Of a DNA stretch of 64,000 bases, positions 11,937 to 25,049 are shown in pieces (position 1 is the stretch's first letter; every line of letters begins with the position of its first letter). The stretch comes from Octopus sinensis (taxonomy: Eukaryota). The notes under the pieces are model-generated. The model ran no database searches and was not told the origin of the DNA. It saw nothing but the letters and a program-made list of their open reading frames with translations. The translations under genes and the position numbers were made by a program. The stretch is from assembly GCF_006345805.1 (NCBI RefSeq), contig NC_042997.1, positions 69,812,001 to 69,876,000 on the forward strand, read 5' to 3'.

Positions 11937-12131
11937 ATGTAATAATAATAACAACAATAATAATAATAATGATAATAATAACAACAACAACAACAATAAT
12001 AATAATAACAACAACAACAACAACAACAATAATAACAAATGATGATGATGATGATGATGATGATGAGGACGACGACGAGGACAACGACGACGACGACGAC
12101 GACGACGATGATGATGATGATGATGATGATG

Positions 12132-12164
<33 letters not shown>

Positions 12165-12272
12165 GAAGCATAACGAGTAAACAAGTGTCACCTCAGTCTG
12201 CTGGCTGTGAACAGCTGACACTTTCTATCATATCCAGCAAAATAAGCTGAGTTTTCATATAATAATAATAAC

Positions 12273-12322
<50 letters not shown>
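11937..12322. repeat. Compound trinucleotide array (AAT/AAC/GAT/GAC) with a 95-bp unique island at 12165-12259
   Basis: Seen directly. The island is bounded by (TAA)n on both sides. Confidence 0.9.
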
Positions 12323-12324
<2 letters not shown>

Positions 12325-12609
12325 TTTTATAAAGATTAACGTAACTCTTTGCGAAGGTAGGCTATAGGAAGCGTGCGATACAATTATTAATAGATTATTT
12401 ATTTAACGGTTTGAACAACATTTTAGCAGATCATCTCTTTTCTTCAGGTTCAAAATGTAAAATGAAAACAACCATAGAAACACAGAAATTCAAAATATAA
12501 GTGAGGAAATCATGGGTATTTTCATAGAATGATATCGTCAGTTTTCAATTTTGTAACCAGTAAAATCAAAAAGGAAGAAAGAAAAGAAAGAAGACAAAAA
12601 AAAATTAAT

Positions 12610-13460
12610 CGGACAATAAATTTGATGAAATTCACGTGTCATATTATTCATTTCTTCAGGATGCGATGGTAATAATTCACAAATATATTTGTCCTTATGC
12701 ATTTTGAGGATTGCAAATGTTGTACATTCAGAATATTTTCTGAAAATATGCATTTCAGGTGTTCCTCAAAATTTCAGCCGTTTGATGTAAAATGTTCGGC
12801 AAGCTCTGCCTAACTACTGCTATTGTGTCTGAGGTCATATCTGGTCTCATTGAATCTTTTGTTTAATAGTTCTGTTGTACAACCAACGTAAATCAAGTAG
12901 TGTTTGGTGCGTTCTGCTGCGTACACCAAATGGGAATCTTTATACGTTCCACCTCCCGTATAAATCTAACATTTCTGTTATGATTCGTGATGGAATTGAC
13001 TTGACACATGTTACATAATCATCAGGACTTACCTCTCTTGTAGTTATTTTTCAAGGTGCAACGTTCAGAAACATCAAAGGTAGTTTTTTTTTGGTGGGGG
13101 TTAGAGGTAGTGGTCAATATTTCTCTTATATTTTTCTTGCGTCTAAAGGCTGCTGAGTGAATAGTATTTGAAACGAGGATATTTTTCTGCAATATGCAGG
13201 TAACTTTGAAATGCCTGCGAAATTTCGGTGCCAGTTAATCACTAAAGGAATTCTATCATAAATTTTACTGTGATTGTTAAAGTTATGCGCGGATTTTTGA
13301 CTTTCCTTGCTAATTTTAGCTATGTCATTTGCAATTTCCTTTAATTGTGATTCACTGTAACCGCGTTTGACAGAATGGTGTACATAAGCATTTGCGTGTT
13401 TCCAGTAATCCGTCAGTACAAATTCGTTTTATCCTCAAAAACTGGGGTTTCGGATTTGAT
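12610..13460 (-). mobile_element. Penelope-like element: RT thumb, linker and GIY-YIG endonuclease (pseudogenised)
   Basis: PQFLRIKRICT...KRGYSESQL, RIPLVINWH, AAFRRKKNIREIL, VYAAERTKHYLIYVGCTTELLNKRFNETRYDLRH...ELAEHF. Confidence 0.85.
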
Positions 13461-13500
13461 GTTGATGATTATATATGTGTGTGTTAGAAAGTAACACAAT

Positions 13501-13990
13501 GATGTCTGGACAAAAATTTTACCACCAGACAAGTTAATTTCGCTAGTGCTTTCATGACGAAATTCGATATACAGTTAATGAAGACTTTCAAATCCCTGCA
13601 TGTTCATGAACCAGTACTCTGCTTACGGTTCAATGATGACATCTTTTTTGTCTAGGAAGGATCACAGGACACTTTAATTAACATTTTTCTTCTGTGATTG
13701 TTACTCTAAAAACTATGGGTCCAATATAAAACTTACGTCTACTGTTTCAAAAACAAAAGTTAAGTTTTCTGGAGGCAGAATAGTCACAGAGTTATTTTGC
13801 AAGCCCACGTCATCCACATTTGCCTTCACTGCTGCTCCGATCATCCACATCATATGATTTGGTCAAATCCAAAATCCCAATTTTTGAGGATAAAACGGAT
13901 TTGTACTGATATAGGGGATTACTGGAATCATGCAAATGCTTTTGTACACCATTATGTCAAACGCGGTTACAGTGAATCACATGAAATACG
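13501..13990 (+). mobile_element. Penelope-like RT fragment, inverted relative to 12610-13460
   Basis: FYHQ, FASAFM, LRFNDDIFF, TELFCKPT, HPHH..SNPKSQFLRIKRIC, KRGYSES. Its last ~125 bp duplicate 13335-13460 in reverse complement. Confidence 0.85.
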
Positions 13991-14823
13991 TATGTTCTTA
14001 TTTTGGATATATTCAGTACGTTTTCAATGACAGGTTTTTGTTAAAGAAATATCAAAAACAGAGACTAAAAACAGAAAGCAAATTGTTATAGAATTGTGGT
14101 GAATCAGACAGCCGTAAACATTTGAGTGCGTGTGTAACAAGTAACTCACATGAATATGGGAAGAGTACTTATAAGCAGGAAATGTATATACATGTGCATG
14201 CTGTTATTCCGTGAAAGGAAGTAGAGACTAACAGATGGTATTTTAAATTTCCGATTCGATTTATAGAGGAGCAGACTATCATTACCAAACAAAGTGACCA
14301 TCCTTAATGAGTAACGAGCGACTGTTCTTAAACATCTTCCGTTATAATCTCATCTTTTCTAGAATTCTGTATAATTCTGTTATCATCGAATTTTCCGTCT
14401 TGTATTGTTTAGTGTTGTGTATATGAATGTGATAATATGGTTCCTTGCTATAAAAACAGAATCAAGACGTGTAAAAATGTATTTTGCATCCATCGCAATT
14501 TCATCGTTCAACTTTCATATTTGCACTGAAATTTTACATCATTCTAGTTATACGTTAAGTTACTTGTAGGTTTGTGGTTCCGCATTGGTGATGACTTTTT
14601 ATGATATTCTCACTATTAGTTTGTAGTTGAGTCAGCCAAACTTCAGAGGATAACATTACAGAATTCTTGAAAAAGGAGAGAAACTATCAGTGGGAGTGTT
14701 GCTGACAGCAAAAATACAAGCAAAAGCCAAAAAAAAAAAATAAAAAGAATAAAAAAATAGACAGATTTAATATTAAACTGAAAATAGTAAGCAATGATGA
14801 AACTTGAAGTATGCAATTACCAA

Positions 14824-14874
<51 letters not shown>

Positions 14875-14938
14875 ACACCACACACACAAACACAAACGCA
14901 CGCGCTCACACACGCACACACACATACATACACACACA

Positions 14939-14984
<46 letters not shown>

Positions 14985-14986
<2 letters not shown>

Positions 14987-15232
14987 CCAGTGGTTAGGCT
15001 GTTGCTCTCACGATCGTTTCTCAGAGCGGGCGGCGCGTTGTGTTCTTGAGCAAAACTCTTCACTTCACATTGCTCTAGTTCCCCTTTCGATCAGGGAGGA
15101 TGGTTGGCCTGCTCGCCTAGCCAGCGTGGTGGCGTCATTCGAAAGCTAGAACGATGCAATGTACATTGAGACAACGATGTGAGACCAGTCTACCAGCATC
15201 TGATAGACTGGTGATAAGTCGCGTGACGTGAT
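14985..15232 (+). mobile_element. tRNA-derived SINE (second family)
   Basis: A-box-like GGCCAGTGGTTAGG head followed by TGTGTTCTTGAGCAAAACTCTTCACTTCACATTGCTC. Confidence 0.55.
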
Positions 15233-15662
15233 ACACACACACACACACACACGTTACTGAACAAAGCAATAGAAATGAATATACACATAAGCAGTTACAA
15301 ATACACAACAGCTTCAACCGAACACCGTAGTATATTTTATATAAGAGAATTTATTGCCCAATGTAACTCTTGTTTAAGGCAAAAGGGATTGATTCCAGTG
15401 TGATTTAGCTAGTATTTCTAGCAGATCATGTAGCTGCGTATAGGCTCCACCTTAATGTCACTTGCGAATGTGATGAGAAGAGGAACATATTGTGAATTGG
15501 ATCGATCTCACTAAATTATCACTTTATATATTATTGATTCACGAAGAATAAGAGAGAAAAGTCAATATCTTATGGCACAAATACTTAAATGGCAAACACG
15601 ATCAACAGTGAGCACCGCAGCAAGATGTTTGTTACAGTCCTCTGTCTTAAGCGAATATGAAA

Positions 15663-15877
15663 TCTTTATATATTTTGATGCATTTTTTTCGCTATTATAT
15701 AAGGGAAGTAACTCTCTAAAAATGTCTTCGATGAGTCAACGATTTAAAAAAAAATTTACCATAATTTTTTTTCTATTTTTAATGCATTTTTTTGCTATTT
15801 TTTGGCTATAACTCTCTAAAAATGCTTATATAGTTATTTCCCTTACAAACCCGAACAACACCGGGCGACACTGCTAG
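15663..15877 (+). mobile_element. Non-autonomous Helitron A
   Basis: A|TC start; ends CCCGAACAACACCGGG hairpin + ACTGCTAG. Confidence 0.7.
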
Positions 15878-16385
15878 TCTATATATATAAAACTGTAGTT
15901 GTGTGAGTGTCAGTTCCCTTCGATTTAGATTCCTAACTACTCCCACATTTTGCGGTGCAGTTTAACCAAATTCGGGTATCTTATAGTTGTGATTCATATC
16001 GAGCCCGTCTGGGTATTAGCGCGCGTCTACAATGAGTCCACGATTTTAAAAATAATTTAACATCATTTTTTTTCCATTTTAACGCATATTTTTTTAATTG
16101 GCGGCGGAGTTGGCATCCATGCTCACACCTGCACCTGTTTTGCTTCTCTCCCTTCTTCCCTCCCTCGTGAAGCTGTGGGGAAGGGAGTGTAAGGAAATCA
16201 ACGTCGTAAAGCGTTGTCAAGGAGACCAGCTTTCTTTTAGAACAACGACTTCATGGCTTGAAGTCGCCAAAACAGAAATCGCTAAAAAAGCTGAAACAGA
16301 TCCACAAAAACGGCAAAAACCCCCACACAGGGCAGGTTTCCTGTGCAAACAATTTGCACAACCGAATGTTTTAGTTCTTGCACAA
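15878..16385 (+). mobile_element. Non-autonomous Helitron B (5' part plus unrelated sequence)
   Basis: TCTATATATATAAAACTG start is fused directly to the CTAG of A. 15910-16085 is homologous to 16425-16600. Confidence 0.7.
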
Positions 16386-16386
16386 A

Positions 16387-16692
16387 TCTTTATATATAAA
16401 AGTGAAGTTGTGTGTCTGTCTCCTACGATTTAAATTCCTAACTACTCCCACATTTTGCGGTGCAGTTTAACCCAAACCGGGTATCTTATAGTCGTGATTC
16501 ATATCGAGCCTGTCTGGGTATTAGCGCGCGTCTACGATGAGTCTACGATGAGTCAACGATTAAAAAAAAATTACCATCATTTTTTATTCCATTTTTAATG
16601 CATTTTTTGCTATTTTTTTGCTATAACTCACTAAAAATGCTTATATAGTTATTTCCCTTACAAACCCGAGCAACGCCGGGCGATACTGCTAG
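16387..16692 (+). mobile_element. Complete non-autonomous Helitron C
   Basis: A|TC...CCCGAGCAACGCCGGG-CGATACTG-CTAG|T; no TSD. Confidence 0.85.
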
Positions 16693-18259
16693 TAATATAT
16701 ACATAGTTAATAACGTGTTCGTTAATATTTCAAATATTTGGTTTGGCAAATTTTCTTTGATGTCTTTTATTACTGCAAAATATCAATATTCAAATTTAGC
16801 GTAACAATAAATCTACGTGAAACATGTGTTAAATAATTAAGCAAAAACAGACAAATAAATAGATAATTGCCGAAGACAAACGCACATTCATATACCCGAG
16901 CACATACACACACACACACGCGCGCACGCCCGCCCGCCCGCACAAACACGCACATTCACACATAGACATTAGCACAACCATTCACTCGAACACTTATATA
17001 CTCATTGAATTAAGTCAATGTTTGACGGAGCTTCCAATTTACAGTGGGCTGTATCAGCTGAACTTAACTCATGACCTAGCTAAGCCCATAAGCTAGCAAA
17101 AGTCCCACGGCAATTTATCCGCTACTACCATGACAGTCACAAGACCATCATACTAAGCAGGACTTCACACCTAACATTTTACTGCTTGACTTGACTGTGC
17201 GAGTCAGAGCAATACTTAAAGTAGCTGAGTCGATCAAGTGGTCACGAAGGGACTTTAATGGGCTACCTCTTAAAACCGTTTAATACTTCAGTATACTTAC
17301 ATACATATATGAGTGGATCTTTCATTAAGTTTCTCATATCAATGTAGTGGGTACTGGGCAACAAAAGGAGCTTCCATGCAGTTACTCGACCTGCTAAGCA
17401 TATCATCCTAATTTCACTCCAATAGTATTATGTATGTTATGTGAAAACAAACCCGGACGATCACAGGTGGGTCGACTTTGATCATGGTTCTGCTCAGTTA
17501 ATGCTATCATGATTGTTCTGATAGAAGAACGGCTACAACAATATAAGTTAGCATTAGAGTCAATCTCTCGCTTCGTTTTTGAATTTCTAATAAGGCTAAT
17601 ACGATAAAGAAAGAATATGATGAAGTTTGTTAAAAAAGTAAAATAATAAAATAAGTCTGGAGATGGAACGAAGTACCCATTATGTATACAGACGTTGAGA
17701 TGCTGAAATTTATGAGGTGAATATTCACTGCAGTGATATCGCAACAGTTCTCAACACCAACGCTACCTCTTAATTGACAGAGCAAATGAAATTTTGCGTC
17801 TCTTGACGTCTGCAGCCGAGAGCAATTGCCCTTCACCCCACTCTCTCTCTCTTTCTCCTCTTCTGAACTAATGTTTACAAAATATATGTGACAGAGTAAA
17901 GAAATTCCAGAGGTTTGCAACCCCGGAAAAAAGGTCTAAACGAAGCTCCTGGTGTCGTAACGTAAGGTTGAGGAGAAGGGGAAAAGAAATAAGAAGATTG
18001 GGTTAGATTCAGAATAATACGACTTCTCAACAACAGACCCTCTACTTCCTTGCTTGAACAATTAGAAACGGTGACCAATTTCGTTTTTCGATTTGAAGAG
18101 AAGTACTACTTTTGGGATGCAGTCCCAGCTATACGTACATATATGCACATGTGTGTGTGTGTGCCTCTACACACCTACACAAACACACACACACAAACAT
18201 ATACATATATATATGTATATATATCCATGTATAAATATATATGTAACTGTATGTACGTG

Positions 18260-18327
<68 letters not shown>

Positions 18328-18433
18328 ATATGCATACATATACACACACACACACACCACACACACACACATATATATATATACGTATGTATGTATATAC
18401 ACACCCACACACATATGTGTGTGTGTATGTATA

Positions 18434-19264
18434 TATCAATAAGTATCCGGACTATTGCCTTAGTAACAAAGCTAAAGCATGCAGAGGAAAGCTGCTTGGC
18501 ACAGATTGACCCAAAACTCTGCTGTGCATGTGCACTAAGTTTTAATGTTCTAATTCACTTTCACTATTTACAGCAGTGCTTGGAAGTGACGTGTGTAGCG
18601 TGTGTTTGTCACATTGACCATGGCAGAAAATGTTGAGCAGAGAATCTGAGTCAAATTTTACCAAAAGCTTGGCGATACCTAGTCGGAGTCCTGTGCAAAA
18701 CCCGAGTGTCTTTTTGGTCAACTGAAAACAATTTTGGTACAAACTTGGCAGACAGATGTCTCATACCCAAATCTGCAGTGATAATGAACTGAATTGAACC
18801 GTAACTAATTGCACATCCTCTGATAACTCACGGATGGTAATTCAATGATTTCCCCTCACAGCTGCACGCGCATCTGCGATATTTTTCTCAGTTCTGCTGG
18901 TTGCGGCTTTCCCAGAACATTTGTCAATATCGACATTTTTTCGGCCATCTTTGAAAAGTGTGAACCACTCGTACACTTGTGTGCGGCTCATACACTCCTC
19001 TCCATACACTTTCTGCAATTGTGCGTAGGCCTCTGAGCAGGTATCACCATGACAACTTTCTCTGTCATGGTCAATGCGATGATCACACGTTACACATGTT
19101 ACTGGGAAGCACTGCTGTAAATAGCAGGAGTGAGCTACAACGTTAAAACTTAGTGCACATGCACAACAGAGGTCAGTGTCAATCTGTGCTAAGCAGCTTT
19201 GTTTTGCGTGCTTTAGTTTCGCTAATATAGCAATAATCCGTATACTTATTGATCAGACCTCGTA
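18434..19264. mobile_element. Mariner fold-back derivative made of two inverted 5' ends
   Basis: The left arm encodes MAENVEQRI*VKFYQKLGDT on +. The right arm on - encodes GDTCSEAYAQLQKVYGEECMSRTQVYEWF..FKDGR...SAKFVPK. About 250 bp of TIR and 5' UTR are shared, and the right end is ...ATCAGACCTCG|TA. Confidence 0.85.
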
Positions 19265-19779
19265 TATATGTATATGTATATCATAATGACCTCAAAGTAT
19301 GTAAATGATGTAGTGACGTCCTAAATGCTGATTTGCTATAGAAACTAGCTACGTAAATTGCATTTCTGCATTGATCAGAGAAATTTTGAGACAACTAACT
19401 TTCAGGGAGTCTGGATGCTTAATGCAAAATAACCAATTTCGTTTTTATCCATTGATGAGCTCTGACCCAAACCATTTATAATGATAAACGTCCCAGCCAG
19501 GGTTGATTTGTTTATATTAGAGCATAGTGTATATGTAGATTATAATGTAACGTCTACTATGATCATAGGACGTAACAAAGGTAATCGTTTATCGTTTACT
19601 TGCTTTAATCATTAAACTGCGACCATGCTGGGGGTACTGCATGAAGAGTTTGGTTAAACAAATTCACTTTTATGCTTTTTTTTGAAGCCTGGTTCTAATA
19701 TTATCAGATTACATTACTGGTACATAAACAAACCAACACCGATTGTCAAGCGATGGTAGGGGACAAATACTAACACACA

Positions 19780-19821
<42 letters not shown>

Positions 19822-21369
19822 CACACACACACGATAGTCTGCTTTCAGTTTCTGCCTGCCATATCTATTCGCAAAGCTTTGGTTGGCCCGAAGCTATAGC
19901 AGGAGACATCCAATATACTGAAACCAGAGCTATGTGCTTGGGAAACAAACATCTAACCTCACAACCACGATGGTACCAATAACTAATTTTGATACACAAT
20001 TGGGGAAGAGGTGGTTCGGAACTGAGAGATGGACAGAAAATATTTTACATAATAAAGAAAAATCGAGGTAGAACGTATAAGAGAAGAGAAAGCTATTCCC
20101 AAGAGATCAATTCAACAGTGATAACAAAAAGTAGGTTACAACGTTTGTAAAATTCAAAATATTTTCTTAATTTGTAACGCCAACAGAAATTTTTTTTTTC
20201 AAGCTCCTGATCATTTGTAGTCGAGTACGCTGCAGGTTCAAGGGTGCTTCATTTATGATCGGCCCCTGTTTTCTGTCTCATATTGTACCTATGGCAAGTA
20301 AGATCATTCCCTTGTCATTGGACAATAAGCTCATTTACAATGTTGGAACACAAATATTTTTACCAGATTTTTCTACCCTTCTCGCTCAGGGGATTTCATC
20401 ATGATTGGCGCAGACTGTTCTGATGTAGAAATGAATATTGGTGCAACGTCAATTTAAATGTTTCTTTCGATTTGGTAGTCCTAGAATATATGTGTTAATG
20501 GCTCTCATGGAACTTACAAACAATAAATTCTGTTCTCATGGAGCAAGATTTGCTGTTTATTCCCGCTGAACACTCACACATCTCACTGGGCAATCACATT
20601 GAGTACCCAGTTTAGTATCAGTTTAGTATCTTTCATTTAAGACTCTAGTCTTTGACAACACAAATTAATCAACTGACGTTTTAAACATAGTTGGAAATGC
20701 GTGGCCATGTCTCAATCAAATTATTTAATAAAGTGTCGAACTCATCAGACACTGTGTGACGATGGCAGCACAATATCATAAGCGTTCGCTTGCATATCTA
20801 TAAGGTACGTACATGATTCCAAGCCGAGGACAATGCACAAGATTTTCATCCGTATGGTGTAATTACAAAATAGTAATTAACTCACCTAGTATTTTGTGTT
20901 TTTCATAAACTCTTTTCTATATACGCTTCATACTTTTATGTGTACACATACACGCGCACAGACACACACACGCACTCGCACATGCACTCGAACATGCACA
21001 CACACACACACGCACGAACACGCACATGCACACACACACACACGCTCACGCACACAGATATTGAATAAGAAATTATAAATTTTCCAGAAAACAAGGGATA
21101 CGTTTTGCAATCTGTTTCCGAAGCACCTGCTGCAATGCCTTTGCATATATGCCTGCGTGGGACTGCCGAACGAACCATTTCGACTGGAGTATATAACCTG
21201 TTACTTCATTCCCGCCTATCATTTGTTCTTTCTTTATTGTTGAAATACTTCTGGGGAGATTTTTTCTCGATAATTTGCCCTTTTACCCTTTATCTTTTAC
21301 CTTTTACTACTTTCAGCTTGAGAGCAACGGTCACACTGGAGCACTACCGCTAGCTCTGCTACACTTTTA

Positions 21370-21595
21370 CTACTTGAAACCTTCTCTGATATGTACCATT
21401 TGGTAAAAGAGTGTGTTTGATTTTCTGCCCTCATCTGCATTTCTTGTCGCAAGGTAGATTCATCCAGAACTCTTGAGAGGAGGGTATCCAATTTTGTTTT
21501 GAAAACACCTACATCAGCCCCATGTAGGTCTCTCAAGCATTTTGAGAGGATATTGCAGAGCTGGGTCCTTGGCTGTTGGGCTCTTTGGCTCTATG
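21370..21595 (-). mobile_element. CR1-clade LINE 3' fragment
   Basis: QLCNILSKCLRDLHGADVGVFKTKLDTLLSRVLDE matches the CR1 C-terminus (LFN.LP..LR......FK..LD..L..VPD). Confidence 0.7.
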
Positions 21596-21818
21596 CAGTA
21601 GCGCCCCGTTCTGCTATTTATGTAATGTTCAGTGCCAAAGTTAGATAGTCTTTTTATTCTTTGGATTTTTTCTTTCTTTTGTCCTTGTAAAAATATGTTG
21701 CTAAATAAAAATTTGCCACTTATAAAGCTGTAAAGAATAATATAAATATTGTATTGAAAAACTCTTTTTCGTTAGAAAAAGACGAAGGTACACACACACA
21801 CACGCACAAACACACACG

Positions 21819-21860
<42 letters not shown>

Positions 21861-22083
21861 AACAATTATACATACACACCCACGCACAACACGCACTCAT
21901 ATACTAATTAATATACTGATGTTTAGTAAATAGTTTCTCCATTCTATATTCTTAGACGCATAAAATACTGCAGCCAGTTGGTGAAGACAGAAACCCCGCA
22001 TAAGTTTAGAACTTGAACAGACAGGCTTATACTCAAATGCGTTCACACGTTTATACACAAAACAACAAAACACATGGTTGATT

Positions 22084-22497
<414 letters not shown>

Positions 22498-23044
22498 TAA
22501 TACACTTACACATAGGTAGACACACATACACACGCAGACACATACACAGATATACACATTTGGCCTCACATATGTTCGCGCGCACGCACGTTTAATCACC
22601 TCAAGAGAGCCAAATAAACAGTGAAGCAAAGTTAGGGAACACCTGCAAACATTGATGTATCTTCAAGTTCAGACTTCCATCGATATAAACAGCCAGACAT
22701 CTGAAAATATACGCAAGATCCTTCAACTAACACATCAAACCTGCCAGAAACGAAGGGTCAACAAGGAAGTTGAATGTTAAGGGTACGCATTTTAAAAGGG
22801 GCGGAGCGTTAGATTAAAATCGGAAGTTCCGACACTCGAGTAGGAAGTGTGAATGGAAATATCATGTATGTATATATTCGTGTGGTTAGACGTTCGCTTA
22901 CCACCAATATGGCTTTGGATTCAGTCCCATATCTGTGATACCTTCTACAATAGCCCCGGACGGAGCAACGCCTAGTCAGTAGATTAGCGAGAAGGAAACT
23001 GAACTGAAAGAAGCTCGCCATATATATATATGTGTGTGTGTGTG

Positions 23045-23093
<49 letters not shown>

Positions 23094-23439
23094 ATGTATG
23101 TATGTATGTGTGTGGTGTGTGTGTGTGTGTGTGTGTTGTGTGTGTGTGTGTGTTGTGTGTGTGTGTTTGTGTTTGTACGTGTATAAATATAATTATCGTG
23201 GACTCTCCTGTCGTTACATGACGTATGAAGTTTTGCAATTTCTTGCTGAACAACCACACAGATGATTTGTTTCCAGTGATCAAATGTTTTTTGTTTACAT
23301 AAGCTCACTCCCTCCATTAAATCGGCATTATCTGTACAGGTGCACAATATGCCACATGTCAGGTGATGAAGTGATCGCAGAGGAATGTGAAATGAAGTGT
23401 ATTCCTCAAGAAGACAATGTAACACCCAATCTGTGATCA

Positions 23440-23720
23440 ATTTCCACCGAGGTCAACTTTGCCTTTCATCATTTTGAGGTCGATAAACTAAGTACCAGTT
23501 GAGCACTTGGGTTGATGTAATCGACTTGCCTCCTCCCCTGAAATTGCTGGCAATGTGCCAGAATTTGAAGCCATTATTAAGCGTGACGGATTAAATGAAT
23601 AGGGGCATTTCTTCCAACACATTACGTTCTGAGTTCAAATTCCGACAAAGTCGACTTATCCATTCATCCTTTCGGGGTCGATAAAATAAGTACATATTGA
23701 GCGCTAGGATCGATTTAGAA
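23440..23720 (+). mobile_element. SINE fragments (third family)
   Basis: CCGAGGTCAACTTTGCCTTTCATC...GGTCGATAAA.TAAGTAC repeated twice. Reverse-strand copies lie at 41560-41910 and 58300-58850. Confidence 0.7.
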
Positions 23721-23994
23721 AGAATTATCATTATTATTATTGTTATTAATTAGGATGTTAGTGCGTCGGAAACATGGAGTTATTTATGGTTGCCCTAGTT
23801 TCCCTCTAGTACCAGAAATAGAAACAGAGTCATGATCTAAGCTAGACGGCGGTTTCCCAGCCGTATGTGACTGGATTGTCTTTATTTATTGACGTCATTT
23901 TCTTTATTAGACGGCTACTAAAATTCTCAGTACAAAGGGAAAATTTCTAGTAACTTTAACTGGGAGTGGTAAAGCAGGTGAAGGACGCGAACAA

Positions 23995-24400
23995 GAGAGT
24001 CATGACTTATAAGTTATAATCCTGTTGAAGATTATGAATACAGTATTGGTCACTAGCGGAGTGGAGATTCTAAAAGAAAATGAGGCGGTAACAGGCATAA
24101 AGATTAACCCTAACAAGTCGGTGGGTTTGCAGCTCTACTTGAGAAGTACGACCATCCTATCAGAAAACGTTGTCGGATCTCAGACAGCTGGAACTGTCCG
24201 GTTGTTTAGGATCTTAGTCGATCTAGACTTCGAAGTGGATGTATCATCCAGAAATGGCCGATGAGTAACTTATCCCTACAAGGTCGAAAGCGTGGGGAAA
24301 GCATATATCACCTCCGTTTTCTGTTACTTCTTACTTTATCCCAGCAATTAAATGCTTCTGAAAAATACAATTTCAAAAGAAGCCATGTATTTCATGGATC
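23995..24400 (+). mobile_element. L1/Tx1-like RT fragment (post-YADD region, decayed)
   Basis: ILKENEAVTGIKINPNKSVGLQL...TVRLFRI and LSLQGR..AYITSVFCY match the L1/Tx1 YE..TG.KIN..KS and LSL.GR motifs. Confidence 0.65.
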
Positions 24401-25049
24401 TCTATAAAATTCTAGCAACATTTTTAGTTTTCAAATAACCGTGGAATAACCACAGATGATGCAAGCCTAGACTAATAATAGAACAAGGTGGTTGCACAGG
24501 AAAGGATATAATACGGTAAATAGACAACAAAAGTAATGAATATTTACATCTAAGGAACAAAGCGGTTCTCAGTACTCGACTTGGTATTTATTTTATCGAA
24601 ATACAAATTCGACTTTGCCGGAATACGAACTCGGATCACAAGGGGACGCAACTGTATATTGCGAAATAATTTGTCTCTGGCTTTACAAAGGATATGCGTG
24701 CCATTCACACTCTAAACTCAATAAAAAATTTTAAAAAATAAGCAAATAAACAATAAAAATTAAAAGAATACCAGACAGACAAGGTGGAAGGTGAAGAGCC
24801 CAAGTGTGAATCTTGTGAAGTTGAAATAAAATAACAATGTCGTAGAAATCTGCCTGAAAAGTAACTAAAGTCAGAGACCGGAAGTTGAGACGAGCCAGGT
24901 TCGTGTCATCTTCACAGATGTAGCAAACAGAGATTGTACCATCTTCACACTTTGAGTGTGTGTGAGTGTGTGTGTGTGTGTGTGTCAAAGAGTCCAACAT
25001 TCAGCACCTGGCTCACAGAGGGTGTCTAGAGATCGTCTAAGTACATAAT

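Noticed and set aside
12184-12251. HDV-like ribozyme fold for the TAA-flanked island
   Set aside because: No GG for P1.1, no P4 and a wrong L3 length.
13025-13040. Strong minus-strand donor GAG|GTAAGT inside the PLE
   Set aside because: The sequence continues as endonuclease-coding (Cys motif), so it is not an intron.
19299-19363. HHR-like ATGATG...GAAACTAGCTACGTA
   Set aside because: The 5' core is incomplete; a plausible relic but not supportable.
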